Shown here in pieces: positions 40,179 to 53,553 of a stretch of 64,000 bases of DNA. Below the pieces are notes generated by a model, which was not told the DNA's origin, made no database searches, and saw only the letters and a list, made by a program, of their open reading frames with translations. Positions within the stretch are counted from its first letter, which is position 1. Every line of letters begins with the position of its first letter. The stretch is from Epiperipatus broadwayi (taxonomy: Eukaryota; Animalia; Onychophora). Where the stretch lies: assembly GCA_028023455.1 (NCBI GenBank), contig JAQFVV010000008.1, positions 14,074,001 to 14,138,000 of the forward strand, written 5' to 3'. The position numbers were made by a program, and so were the translations under genes.

Positions 40179-42035
40179 TAAAATAAAATTTTATTTATCA
40201 AAATTACCACTGTACAACACCTGAATAAATTATCTCTGAGTAAACTCTAAAAAATTTGCAAATTGTAAGCCTGCATTGAACTTTATAAAATGTATGCTAA
40301 ATTATTTAGATTTATATAGAAGTAGGACTGATATATAAACTGCAGATACTCTAGTAAAATATATGTGCATACAAAATGTTCTGCTAAGATAACAGAAAGG
40401 AATTGTTGCAAAGCTTGTGTGGATAAAACTATTACACACAATGCCAATGGAAGATAATTCTATAAATTGGATATTTTTTTCTCTGAGAAGATAACACTTT
40501 AGTTTTCATCTGTTTATATGTACTTAGGAGTGACTAAACTCTTATTAAGTTTTATTTGTGCTAAATGGTTTTTTTTGGTTTGATTATTGATGCGACCCAG
40601 CTGTTATTGTAAAAAATACTCTGTGGGAATGCAGCAATATCAAATCTTGATTGAGAGAAAGTATGGGTGTAATAAATGAAAAAGAATGAAACATACATAA
40701 CTTTAATAAAAGTTATGCTATCACAAGCATATGTTTCAAAAAATCAGTGAAAAGCCTGGGTTGTCCATGATAGTTAATGAATTCACACATATATTCATAT
40801 AATAGCCGTTAACAATTTTCCTGAGGATATTATAGTTAATGGAAAGAAATTGAAAAGATTGATCATTTGCTATCACTTATAACTAATAAATGGGAGAAAT
40901 AGAATTGAAATTACTTGGTGTGCATTTTTAGGTTTAAAACTATATAGTACTTACTGTTAAAAAAAAATTAGTGGATTGTTTGTTCTATTTTATGATATAA
41001 AATATGGATTAAAAATAATGAAGCACATTTTTAAAGTGGCACAGATAAGTGTTGAGACCCTTATGTGAATAATCTGAAATAATAGGGAAATAAATAAATA
41101 TATTTAAACATAAAATAAAAATGGTCTGGACACAAAACACAAAGAGAAATGACATTCATTTGAATATAATTATTCTTAACTAATTATAAAGATAAGAATG
41201 TCTGGAAGGATCTATAAAATGAGATTTAATAGAAATTTAGAAAAAAAGAGTTTTGCGACCAATCCTTGTGGAGAATTATTCATTGGAAAGAAAACTTAGT
41301 CCTGTCCATGGCTGTAAATGGTGATAATAGTTATATATATATATTATTATTATGAAGTCGATTTTGATTAAAAGAAATAATAAGATTAAGAATTACCTCT
41401 TTTTATTCCAGTTGCAATCAATCAATTTCTCTGTGTTTAATGATATTTAAATTTTTATATCAATTTATATTATTTTATCAGTACGTATTTGTAGATAATT
41501 GTTGTTTCACAATTTCCCCAATAAATTCTTTTAATATTCATTTTTAAAGGTAAAAAATATTTTTCTTTAATATAAATATATATATATACATTTTGATGTT
41601 AAATACTCTATATTAATTTTTGTTGATGTATAACTACTACTTGAATCAGTTTCAACACAATCTGCTTATGTGCTAGATCTTATATGTTTCTCAAACAGCA
41701 TACTGTCACATTGCTTCTTTTAAACATTAATTATAGACAAAAGTAAAGTGTAAATAATTCTCAAGTTGCTTTTTGACATGAACTATCTTCAGTAATTTTT
41801 AGAAGTTCTTACTTTTTAATGTTCATTGAAAATTGAACCAGAAACTTTTGTTTACCATTCATTATGCTACTGTCCTATTGAACTAATATTAATTTTAAGA
41901 TTTGCTTATTAATATCAAAATATTCTGAAATTATGTAATTAGCTTTAGAAAATTGAGTGATTATACTATTTTAAATTTTTATATTAATAGAAGATATAGG
42001 ATTTTATTTTGATATGTATTTCTTTTATGTTGCAG

Positions 42036-42173
42036 ATGTTAAAAGAAGAAAACGTCCCATCAACATAAAATATTCACAAATGCCCCGTCCCATCAATATA
42101 AAATATTCACATGTGAACATTACACAAGGGTCCAATAATAATGTCATTACTGGAAACTTTGATAAATGCACAG
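42036..42173 (+). CDS. RLR exon B: 138-bp phase 1-1 exon with an 11-aa tandem duplication and RHIM/amyloid-like motif
   Basis: Acceptor TTGCAG at 42030-42035; donor CAG|GTAAAG at 42174; in frame with exons A and C. Encodes DVKRRKRPINIKYSQMPRPINIKYSHVNITQGSNNNVITGNFDKCT. Confidence 0.68.
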
Positions 42174-42639
42174 GTAAAGTAAAAACTGTAATTAAACATT
42201 ATTTTGTAGAAAAAAATTTTTTCCTTTATTTCAGAATTTAGTGATCATTTAATTTTTTTTTTATTATCATGTTGATGTTTTCAGATAAAATATTTTTATG
42301 TATATAGATATGTCTTTGAATTAGTTGGCCATAGCTAGCTTATCTAATCACTCACAATTGCTTGAAAATGTTATATTCTTACATGGAATAAAAACAAGGA
42401 TGGAAATACACTAAGACTATCATTTTTTGGCACTTGGTAACTTTTATAAATAATTTCTTCTGGTTCACTATTTCTTTTAGGTACTGTTGTAGAGGACTTT
42501 GTCTCATAGTGGACTATTTAAAATCTAAACAAAGGCAAAACTCTCCATACAGTAGTGCCACCCTGTGCCAACCAGAGTAATCAATGGATGCCAGAAGGCT
42601 TGTGCATAAAATCCCTATCCAGTGCCTACTCATTCAATA

Positions 42640-42679
42640 TCCTGACTAGTTTCTGGCTTGTGGCCATCATCAGTGAGGA
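42640..42679 (-). ncRNA. Type I hammerhead ribozyme, unit 1 (stem I damaged)
   Basis: UCCUCA CUGAUGA UGGC CACAA GCCA GAAA CUA GUC AGGAUA: core intact; a short deletion after the cleavage site disrupts proximal stem I. Confidence 0.7.
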
Positions 42680-43073
42680 GCCTTGGATCTAAGAGCACTG
42701 CACCTAGATCTTAGGATCTAATGCAATCCTCCAGCAGCCATCTTTTAACTCTACTTTACTACAAAACTATGAGAATGAAATTGAAAACACTATAATATTT
42801 TCCATCTAAGCTCAATAGCTTATATAGTCATATGGGTCTGAACTCAATTCAGCACCCATACATTTTGGTGTCTTTGGCTCTTAAACAACCATAGCCACCA
42901 CTATCCTATTAGGCAGGATTGGTGTTAAACCACTAAACATCACAGGATTACCATCTCATACTAGCACATAATTGTTGTAAACAAAGGCAAAACTCTCCAT
43001 ACAGTAGTGCCAACCAGAGTAATCAATGGATGCCAGAAGGCTTGTGCATAAAATCCCTATCCAGTGCCTACTC

Positions 43074-43132
43074 ATCCAATATCCCCAGACTAGTTTCTGG
43101 CATGTGGCCATCATCAGTGAGGAGCCTTGGAT
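43074..43132 (-). ncRNA. Type I hammerhead ribozyme, unit 2 (intact)
   Basis: AUCCAA GGC UCCUCA CUGAUGA UGGC CACAU GCCA GAAA CUA GUC UGGGGA UA UUGGAU: stem I is 6 bp + internal loop + 6 bp; stem II is 4 bp; stem III is the palindrome ACUAGU; GUC cleavage triplet at 43088-43090. Confidence 0.88.
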
Positions 43133-43654
43133 CTGAGAGCACCTAGATCTTAGGATCTAATGCAACCCTCCAGCAGCCACCTTTTAACTCTACTTTACTA
43201 CAAAACTATGAGGATGAAATTGAAAACACAATAATATTTTCAATCTAAGCTCAATAGCTTATATAATCATATGGGTCTGAACTCAATTCAGCACCCATAC
43301 ATTTTGGTGTCTTTGGCTCTTAAATAACCATAGCCACCACTATCCTATTAGGCAGGATTGGGGTTAAACCACTAAACATCACATGATCACCATCTCATAC
43401 TAGCACATAATTGTTGTAAACAAAGGCAAAACTCTCCATACAGTAGTGCCACCCTGTGCCAACCAGAGTAATCAATGGATGCCAGAAGGCTTGTGCATTT
43501 CAGACCCATATGACTATATAAGCTATTGAGCTTAGATTGAAAATATTATTGTGTTTTCAATTTCATTCTCATAGTTTAGTAGTAAAGTAGAGTTAAAAGG
43601 TGGCTGCTGGAGGGTTGCATTAGATCCTAAGATCTAGGTTCAGTGCTCTCAGAA

Positions 43655-43709
43655 CCAAGGCTCCTCACTGATGATGACCACAAGCCAGAAACTAGTCTGG
43701 GGATATTGG
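43655..43709 (+). ncRNA. Type I hammerhead ribozyme, inverted unit (sense to the host gene; one stem II mismatch)
   Basis: CCAA GGC UCCUCA CUGAUGA UGAC CACAA GCCA GAAA CUA GUC UGGGGA UA UUGG. Confidence 0.8.
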
Positions 43710-46080
43710 ATGAGTAGGCACTGGATAGGGATTTTATGCACAAGCTTTCTGGCATCCATTGATTACTCTGGTTGGCACGGGGTGGCACTACTGTATGGAG
43801 AGTTTTGCCTTTGTTTACAACAATTATGTGCTAGTATGAGATGGTGATCATGTGATATTTAAAATCTAATTCGTCTTTTATTTTACTTACATATTATTAT
43901 AGAAATATATTGGAATTACATATCATTTACAATGCAGATGAGATTCTAAACATTGTACTATATCTGCTGAAAGAGATATAACTGGATATGTAGGCTAAAA
44001 ATTAAACACACACTATTAGCATAATGTTAGATAGGGAAGTATTTCTTAAAGATAACACCTTGCCTTATTCATAAGAATAATGTAAATTTATAAGTAAATA
44101 AATAGCAGTTATTTATAATAGCAAACTAATTATATAAATTTCTTGGGATTAATGAATGAAAGATAACTTATAATAGATGTGATTGTAACATATGCAATTG
44201 AAAAAAAGAAGGTGGACAGAATATCTCTTTGAATGGCCATTCATGATAATATAATAAAGATGTTTCTAGGTTCAAGTCATACATTTTTTAATGTTCCTAA
44301 TTCTTGATTAAGAACTACTAATGCTCTTCTTTCACTAATAAATAAAATCAAATTCATTTATTGGTATGAATGTTGAAATATGTCTTAATGATCTGTTGTC
44401 ATTTATTTCTGCTTGCCATATATTTAAAATTGTTATACAGAATTAATGGTCATTATATCATTTTGCCCAGGTGTCTGCAAATAGAAATATATAAATTATG
44501 ATTCTAAATGTCTTCCAGTTAAATATGTGATAATGGTATGCACGAAATACATTTGGAATATAAACTTAAATCCTGCTTTGCTATTTGAACCATGAGCATG
44601 TGGAAAGCATTTTTATATTGCAAGCACATATTAAAATAAGTAATCAGGCTTAAATCTCCTTTCAAACACAAGTTTTTTTTTATTAGACAATAAATTAAAT
44701 TTTTCAAGTTAAAAAAATATGAGGATTAACATTTACATATTGAGATTATGATAGTCAACAAACTATTAACAATAATAATAATGGTCTGAGAAAAATTATT
44801 TACTTTTTTTCTTAATTGTAATGTGTTAAATAAAGAACTTATAGCTTATGCATACATATGACTTATTGGTTTAAGAAGCTATTATTTTAGTCGATATTTA
44901 AAACTTGTATATACATGCATATACTCTAATATCTAATTCTTATATACACAATCTCTTTTTTCCTAGGAGGAAAAAATATAAAATCATCAATAATAATATT
45001 TGTTTCTATACACTCATTATTATCATTGTAATAATGCAAAATTAATCATAATTACAATTCTAATTATAGTATTATTTTATACTTAAAAAAATAAAAGAAA
45101 ATCACATTTTGTTAATATTGAAATGTAATAGTAGTCTTCATATCATTCCTCAAAAAGTTTGTGTTTTCTTAAAATATCCATTGGACTCCAAGAATTCTAT
45201 TATAGGCAGCTTGGAAATTTTTATTTTAAAACATTCATATTTTTATTCCTATATTAAAGTTAAAGCATTATTTGAATATTCAGTTGAAGTTTCTTTGGTT
45301 TTTTTTTATTACAGATCTGGTATATTATTTATTTTAAATATGAGATATTGGCATATTTTTCTTTTAAAATATAAGCCAGCACTATGTTGCATATATTTTA
45401 TTGGCATTTCTTTCCTATAAAAAATTATAATGGAGTTTATTATCTAACTATGCATTTACATATACATTGCTGTAAGTGTATTCTATTTTCTCAATGATGT
45501 GATAATTTTTTTCTTACAAGTGATTTGATTTCTTTGGGTTATCCATAAGGTCCATCAATAAAATAATATAATTTGACAAATTAAAATAATACAACCTAAT
45601 AAAAATGTTGCTTTAGAATTTTACATTTTTTAAAAGTAATTTTTATATAAATTTTCTCAGATGAAAAATATTGACCAAAAACAATTTCTCTTTTTTCAGC
45701 CAATTAGATATGAATGAATGCATTAAAAATTAATTTCTTAATACATTTTAACATGATTAAAAAATGTTTGTTATAATTAAAAAAATGAAACCAAGATATA
45801 TTTTTAAAATTTTTTCATTATTTTAATAAAGATCATTATTTTATTTTATAAAATATTAAAATAAATGACTCAATATATATGCATGTATTCATACTCTTCT
45901 ATCTTTCATCTGTAAACATACCTAAAAGCTATCTAAACTATTAATGATAAAGTTTGTAAATCTGTGCTGTAGATTAAGAAACCAGTGAAAATGATTATAT
46001 TTGTTTAGTTATCTATTAACTACTTATTATAAGTGTTATAATGAATATGAATTCAATATGTGTGTTCACAAAAATATTTC

Positions 46081-46759
46081 GGTAATACATCTTCTGTTCA
46101 TCCACACTGCGCAATGGCGCTGTTTCTACACTAAAGCACAGAAATATGCTGTTTACAAGGCCGCTCATAGATCTTACGGCCTGTAAACTGTTCAAACACT
46201 AAGATGTTGAAGTGCACCCTTACCCCAACATCTCTAGCATGTTGAACATTATTAGTGACAAGTATGTGACACTCTCTATAGACATTACTCTTGACTATTG
46301 TACAGCGAGTCGGGATCAGCTTACAGTGAAGTGTATTAGAGCTGAGTTGGAAATGTGTCAAAACGTCGTAAGGAATATGATGACAGGTCTTACAGAGGTC
46401 TGTTGAGAAAGCCTTGTTTTTCAACAAAAAAAAAGTTTCTTCAAAAACAATAAAAAAGACTTGGGAAAAAAAAAGTTTCTTTAAAAAAAGACCAGAAAAA
46501 AGAAATATTTGTTTTTAAAAAAAAACACACACAGAATATTTTAAAAAGCCAAAAAAAAAACCCCCCCATTTTTTTATTTTTAAGAGATATACATAAAACC
46601 AGTTAAAAAAATAAAACAACAACAAAAAAAAATCAAGCAAATCCAAAAATTAAAAACATAAATCAACAAAATAAAAACAGCCCAGTAACATTATATCTAT
46701 TTGTTTTTCACTAGCAACAGCGCCATTGAGTGGTATGGATAATTAGACGATGTATTACC
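46081..46759. mobile_element. Merlin (IS1016-like) non-autonomous DNA transposon
   Basis: ~50-bp imperfect TIR starting GGTAATACATC (GGNRM) and perfect 8-bp TSD AATATTTC (46073-46080 / 46760-46767). Possible transposase N-terminal remnant WKC...QRSVEKALFF; 46425-46680 is garbled. Confidence 0.88.
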
Positions 46760-49034
46760 AATATTTCTCTATACATTTTTCCAACTTCATTTTTTTTATA
46801 AATTTGTATATAAATCTTGACATGGACAGATTCAAATATATATACAATAAAATCTAATTAATGCTAAGTTAGGCATTTCATAATGAGACTGATATTAATC
46901 TTTGAATACACCTAGTGTAGCTTAAATTCAGTCAACTTATTGGAAAATGAACTTTCTTTGCTTCACATTATATTCTTGACACATTAATGACTTTACATAT
47001 ACTTAATATTCATTTTTCGAGTATATTGTTAGAATGCTAATTCATTCTGCTTTTTGAATGTGCAATAAATCACACCTTTTGATTATTTCTCATGCAAATT
47101 ACTTTCATTTTTTTTCAGTTTAAAATAATGTTCTGTTTCCCTTTCATTTTCCAAAACAATATATACGAGTCTTATTTTTTGCCCTGTTATATATATAAAT
47201 AAAATCCAAGTCACATGCCACATGACCTATATATATATGCTGTGTAAATGTAGAGCCCAAATTTGCCCTGATTCTCATTTATGTATTAAAAAGACATTCT
47301 TTTCTGAAAATATTTAATGACTTATGCAATATTTGAATGGGATAATTATTGGTAGGCTATCTTAATATTATTAAGTATATAATTTAGATTTAAGAAAGTT
47401 TGTAACCAATTCTAAGGCTGTTTTGGCATATTTGTTTGATTGATGTGTTTAGTGTAAGTATATTACTTATTAATATTGTTTGCCTTTATAAGTTATTAAA
47501 TTTTTTGATGCATTTTTATATAAAAAGAAATTTATATGCAGTTTTATAAAGCTCATTATATATATAATTGTTTTTGTGGTGTAAATTTTTTGAGGTTATT
47601 TTTGTTTAAAAATTCTTTAAGATCTTCTTACATGTGTTTTTTCAAACCAAATGAATTACAATTAATATAACTATTGTATTTAATAGTTTGATTAGTATTT
47701 TATAGTCTATTTACCTTCAATGTATTTTTAGTCCCATAATTTCACTTTGTTAACACAATTGCTAATAGACCACTGAAGATTGATTTCACATTTATTCACA
47801 TATCTTTCATAAATTAGGATTAGTGTCTTCTATAACAGTCAACACTTTGCTTTCATTGTATGATAATATAATGCTGCTTATGATTGCACTGATTTCCAGC
47901 CACATTGTCCTATATATATATATATATGGGTAATGCAAGTTTTTATTTTTTGTACGTTTTTTGTATTAACAGTTGATAAAGATTGTCAGTGAAACAATTG
48001 AAAATAGTTCTGGTAAAGAATATATTATTTAATTTTGAATACTGTGTTAAATATATTTGTTTGAATTATTATTATATGATTTAAAAATACAGACATTTAA
48101 TGGTTATAGTTATTTATATATATATTGTACACTTTTATTTTGATACACCCCATCATAAAGTAAATTGGAAATAATTTTTATGGTGTATAATTCTAAATTT
48201 TATAAAGCAAAAATAATTATTTATTAAACTAAGAAAAAATAAAAATCATTTTAGTTGTTGAAGGGTTTGAACTTGGCATTAGTTTATTTGAAGTAGCATA
48301 AATTATATAAATCTTGGTTAAAGTATTTAATTTAGAAGTATATAAGAGATAAAACATAACTTAATAATATTTGTTAATAATTGTTTGATAATATTTAAAA
48401 TTGTAGGGAAGTTTAAATCTAATATTATAAATGAAAATATATGTGATAGATAATCATGTCTGTGCCATCTGATATTATAAAGTAATGGCTATTTCTGGTG
48501 ATATTTATATTACTAATTTTGTGATGAAAAGTTTATAAAATTAATTTAGGATCTAGTCTGTATAAAAAAATAAAATTAAAATAATATGAATTGGTTTAAA
48601 GTAAATTGAATTTTTTTTTTATTAAATTTATTAAAAGTAATGTTTTTTAGTGATAGATATTTTAAATAGATAATATTTATTTTTAAAAGATAGTTAAACT
48701 AAATGTAACTAATTAAATATTCAGAACCAGGAGAGTAGAAGAATTAACCAATAAGAAAGCATAATTTAGAATATTTTTTTGAAAAAAAAAAACAAGGAGA
48801 TGATGTTTTGAAAAAAAAATCGAGGGAAAATAATATAGAAGAAAAAAAAATATTACAAATCGGATGAAAAATAATTTCATTCTTCTCTAAAATTTTGTTT
48901 TAAACTATTTTAAATATCCTTATAACGTCTTTACTTTGTTACATTCCTTTATATATTCATATATATTACTTATTATAAATCTCCACATATACACTTCAAT
49001 CAAAATTTTTTTATATAATTCCTTTAATTTCCTA

Positions 49035-52000
49035 ACAATTTTGACTGTCCTGAAGTCTTCATCAAAGCTACAGCATTTAAACATATTCTATATACTGTAC
49101 TAGTTGAAAATGTATGTCCATCCAACAAGACTTAGATTCTGAACAAAAGTACCCCATATCCAATCATGCCCAAGATACAAACGTCAGGAGTAATCATGAA
49201 TTCTAACCTATTTGCCCATTCCCCAAATCTATAACACTATGGACAACACCTGCGGTGATACAATGTAAATTCTTTATTTCTGGGCCCGACTTGAAGTTTT
49301 ATTATTTACTGGTTATTATCATCTGACATTATATATGCTTGTGTTGAGATACAATGTATGTCTACAAATAAAATCGATTCTCTATGTATAACTCACTTCA
49401 TTCAGATTCGAATCTAAATTCATCAAATTCTGTGCTTTAAGCCAAGTTTAATATTCATTAAGTGAATGATGAAAACTTAATGAATCATGAAAGTGTAATC
49501 ATAACTCAAATAATTCTAAAAAAAACTTTTCTATTGGAAGTATAATTTAAAGTTCATAAGATTCAAACTACTGATTAACAAAAGTATAATATTGATAGTG
49601 AGGGGGTAGCATAAATTTAACTATATATATATTTCTTTGATATTTAATATTTATTGTTTTAATCAAAAGGCTTATTCAAAGAACATAATAATTAAAAATA
49701 CTTGGATTACTAATGAGGCATTAAATTTTATTCAGATTTTAAAGCTGTTATACATATACCAGAATATTTTGTTGTACTCTCATCCTCTTTTACTAAAGCA
49801 CTCCATTAAGCATAAAATATATATTGATGTTGGTTGCTTCTAATGATTCAATCTGATAAATTTTTCAAATAGTTAATATGTTTTACTTGTCTTCTGTAAG
49901 ACGTTTGAACTACTCTTAACTGTTTTGATATAATTCTAATTATCATTCTGACAAACCATTTTCTTTTCAAAACATCATGTATCCAAACATCATCACCAGT
50001 TTTGAAATTTTCTTTGTCCAAATAGCTTTGCTTTGATACTTTCTTAATAGGCATTAACACTGACAACTGTGTTTGGAATTTTTGATCCATTAACACTTAA
50101 GCCAGTATCCTCTTAGTAGATGTGCAAGAGAAAAAATTCTTGTAATATAAAGCTTTGCTAATGTCTTTGTATGAAGTTTTATTTAATGTAATTTTTAATT
50201 GCTGGACAGCTTTTTCAGCTAGAGCTAAGCCATTAGATAATATAGAGAGTATTAATATATGATGTATCCCCTTAATATCCAAAAAGTCTTTGAATAGCAT
50301 ATACACAAAAACAGCTCCATTATTAGAAAGTATAATTTTGGGGTATCCTTGGTATGAAAATATTTCATTCAAAGCTTTAACAGTATTGTCTGTGTTTGTG
50401 CATTTGACAATTTTATATTCTTTTCATACAGGGTATGAATCAATAGCTATCAGAAAAATGTAAACATTAAATGGACCAGTGTGGTCTATGTGGAATCTAT
50501 CCATGGTTGGGTTATTTTAATCCAAGGCTCTAGTTTTTTTGGCAGCAACTTAGCAGTAGATTGATAGTCACTTATCATTTAACTATCTGCTCAATCTCAT
50601 GGTTCATGTTTGATCCCATACATAATACCACACCAAGTCCATCCTCACTATTCCTAGCTGTCTTCATTGTAATAAGGCTAACACTTGTTTTGTGTTTCAG
50701 TGGGTATAAGTACAAGGTCCATCATGAGAATACAGTAATTACATATCAACTGCCTCTCACATGCATTCCAAATGGATTTTGACTGATAATTTAATCATTT
50801 ACTAGGCCAACCATGTTTAATCCAATTTTTGTAAAGTTTGATAGTCAGCATCTTTGTTAGTCCATAGTTACCTCCACAATCTTACTCACTGTTTTTGCAC
50901 ATAGCTGATAGTCTCAATTGTGTGTCCATATGGCCAATTCCTTTACTGGATTTATCTATTAGCTCAAAATCATATGCTTCTAATATATTGATCCAGTGAA
51001 TCATTCTATGGTTAGTATGTTCCAGAATTGTCTTTCCACTTCCAATTTCCATTAATGGATGGTGTTCAGTATACATTTTAAACTTGCATCCATAAATGTA
51101 CTGGTGGAATTATCTCCAAAGCTTTCTTTTCAAGTTGACTAATTTTGTTCTGCAGCAATCAAGGTTCTGGAGTTGTAAACTATAGAGCATTCACCTCCAT
51201 GACAGCAATGTAATATTTCCAGCCATGTGTCATAGTCCAAGTTTCAGTTGTAACAATGACTTCCTGTTACAATAATAGATAAATATTTGGGTGGAAGCTA
51301 ATAGATCCTTTGCTTTGTTGGCAGTAATTTGATGTTCGGCATTCTATTTTCTAACATTATCCATTTTTTAAAGCTGCTATAATGGTGTGCACATATGCAA
51401 TCTTTCTTTCAAAAAACTCAAAGAAATTAAGTAGGTTTAGAAATGCCTGCAAATCTTAGACATTCTTTGGTTTTGCAGCATTTTTAACTGTTTTCATCTT
51501 TCCTTTAGCATTAACTATATGTCCTAGAAACTTGATTTTAATAGTGGACTAAATATATTTTGGAACATTTAATTTCACACCAATTTTATCCAGCGTTGCA
51601 TAGACTTCAAGTACACATTTTTCTACCTTGTTTTTTTTTCACAGCTATTAAAATGTCATCAACGTAAGAAATAGCCCCTTTTATACTTTAAAACAAACTA
51701 TCCATTTTTATCTGAAGCAGATTTGATGCATAGACTAATATATTGCATTTGAAGAACTTTAGGTGAGTACATATAGTTAATAGTTGAGCTGTTCCATTAC
51801 TGATGGGAATTGGATAAAATACGGATTTTAGTTTGATTTTAGCAAAAAAATTTACTTTCTGCAACAATGCTATTGTATCCTGCACACTTAATACTAGTTA
51901 AGCTTCATTGTTTATGTAATTATTGAGCAGTACACAATAATCTGTGCATTCCATAAGGATTTAATATAATCACATTTGGAGTGGCCTTCAGTAAGAATTA

Positions 52001-53310
52001 ACCAGCTCATGGATTGCCTTGTTTCTACCTTTGTCTAAATACAAATGGAATTCTACATTGACTGCCATGTTTTAACGGTTGGTATTAAATTAAATAGCTA
52101 TGGGTGTCTAAAACTCTGACTTCAAACTTTGGTTGTACTTTTTTAACTATATCAATCCAAATTCCTAATGATCTGAATCAATTTCTTTCTGGAATAGGAA
52201 TCAGATTATGCTTCATGATATGCAGTAGTATTTTCATTTTAGACTTTGACTTGATAGATATCATTACTTTTCCACATATTTCTTTACTGCTGCCTTTCGG
52301 GTCAGTGGTTACCATCCCAGTTATCCATTCCCATTGAGATCAGAGACAACCCCATGCTGATATCAATTTCAATATTAAATTTTTGTTTATAAATATGTAC
52401 ATCTAGCAATATATGATTGTTGTCCATTTCCTTTATTTTTTAATGATGCATTATTTTCATGATTTGGAATCCACACATAAAATTTTACTGTCCTTTACAT
52501 GACAGATGCATGATAAGTGTATAGTTTTTCCACATGCATGACATCTTCCAAATTTAAATTTAGCTCTTCTTCAAATGACTCTTTTGTTCACAACAGCAAT
52601 GCCTTCATTGGATTTCAACAATTTGTAGTTTGAACTTTTGTCCTATATCTATTATTGATAATTTTAATGCATTTTTAAAATGTTCAAACTTCACAGCATT
52701 TTTCATGACTTGGACTATGCATTTCTCAACTGCCTGTTTATCAATGTTGAGTATCCCAGAGTTCTTAAGCTGAGTCATAGTCATGTTGCTTCTCATGTGG
52801 GTCTTGAGTACTATTTCTAAATCTGAAATGTAATACCAATATTGATGACACAGGTTGAAAATATGCTATAAATTTCTCTTTATTCCAGATACACTACTTT
52901 GGCTTCATTTCACAGAGACCATTCACCACTTACAATATCACCTTACTCACCAGCCACATAAGCATTGTTATCTTTAGTTTTTCATTATCTGTTATTTATC
53001 AATATATACTCTGTGTTTGGCATAAAGACTACACCAACTTGCTGCATTGTTGGCATCAAATTTACTTACGATATTATTCTTTAATACCATTATGCATAAT
53101 AGTTTGGATACTTCATAAACTGAAGTACTTACTAACTGCACTAAAATAATATTGCTTCTGCAGTAATTTTCTGTAATCTTCAGGCCTCTTGTCAACTGCA
53201 GCAATTTGCTGTATAGTCTGGGGATATCTCATAATGCTCTTTATTTATATCAAAAGTAACAGTTTTGACTGTCCTGCAGTCATCATCAGAGCTACAATAT
53301 TCAAATATAT
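49035..53310 (-). mobile_element. Degenerate Ty3/Gypsy (Mag-like) element, same family as 33747-40633, opposite orientation
   Basis: Integrase ORF 50097-50372 parallels ORF 39045-39272; RH/RT remnants 50900-52000; protease NNHILLDVHIY..NIEIDIS ~52350-52420; the gag 5' region matches 34260-34500. A ~45-bp LTR remnant is shared at 49041-49083 and 53266-53305; PPT-like CATCCTCTTTT at ~49781. Confidence 0.8.
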
Positions 53311-53553
53311 AATTATGTAATTAATACATCTATGCATAAATTCATATACATAATTAAATACTCAAAATAAAAATAAAATATACATTTTAACCTGACCATT
53401 ATAAATAATCATTTTCCATTTTATTACTTTACTCTTAAATAATTCTATCAATATTTATTTTATATCACTTTATTTTATTTAATTTTTAAATTTATTATTT
53501 ATTATAATTTTAAACTTTAACATTTATTTTACTATTTAATATATATATATATA

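Larger units (their letters stand above)
33747..40633 (+). mobile_element. Degenerate Ty3/Gypsy (Mag-like) element: LTR-gag-PR-[PLE insertion]-RT-RH-INT-PPT-LTR
   Basis: Diverged direct repeats ~33747-34252 and ~39976-40633; PPT GAGAGGAGGAG ~39963-39973; zinc knuckles ~34930-35040; protease-like ORF 35057-35248; RT/RH remnants 37300-38500; integrase ORF 39045-39272 (FLVAIDLYS...LGYPQTILSNN). LTR boundaries are approximate. Confidence 0.8.
42529..43855. mobile_element. Retrozyme-like array: ~2.2 tandem ~445-nt units plus an inverted ~357-nt segment, flanked by a 14-bp TSD
   Basis: Unit periods of 452 and 439 nt; inversion junction at 43498/43499; TATTTAAAATCTAA at 42515-42528 and 43856-43869; one hammerhead per unit; no ORF. 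Confidence 0.88.

Noticed and set aside
46425-46680. Poly-A-rich garbled tract (also ~48770-48870)
   Set aside because: Same low-quality signature; probable sequencing or assembly artefact.
47973-48012. AG/GT-bounded 40-nt exon candidate between exons B and C
   Set aside because: Stop codon in the required phase 1; length is not a multiple of three.
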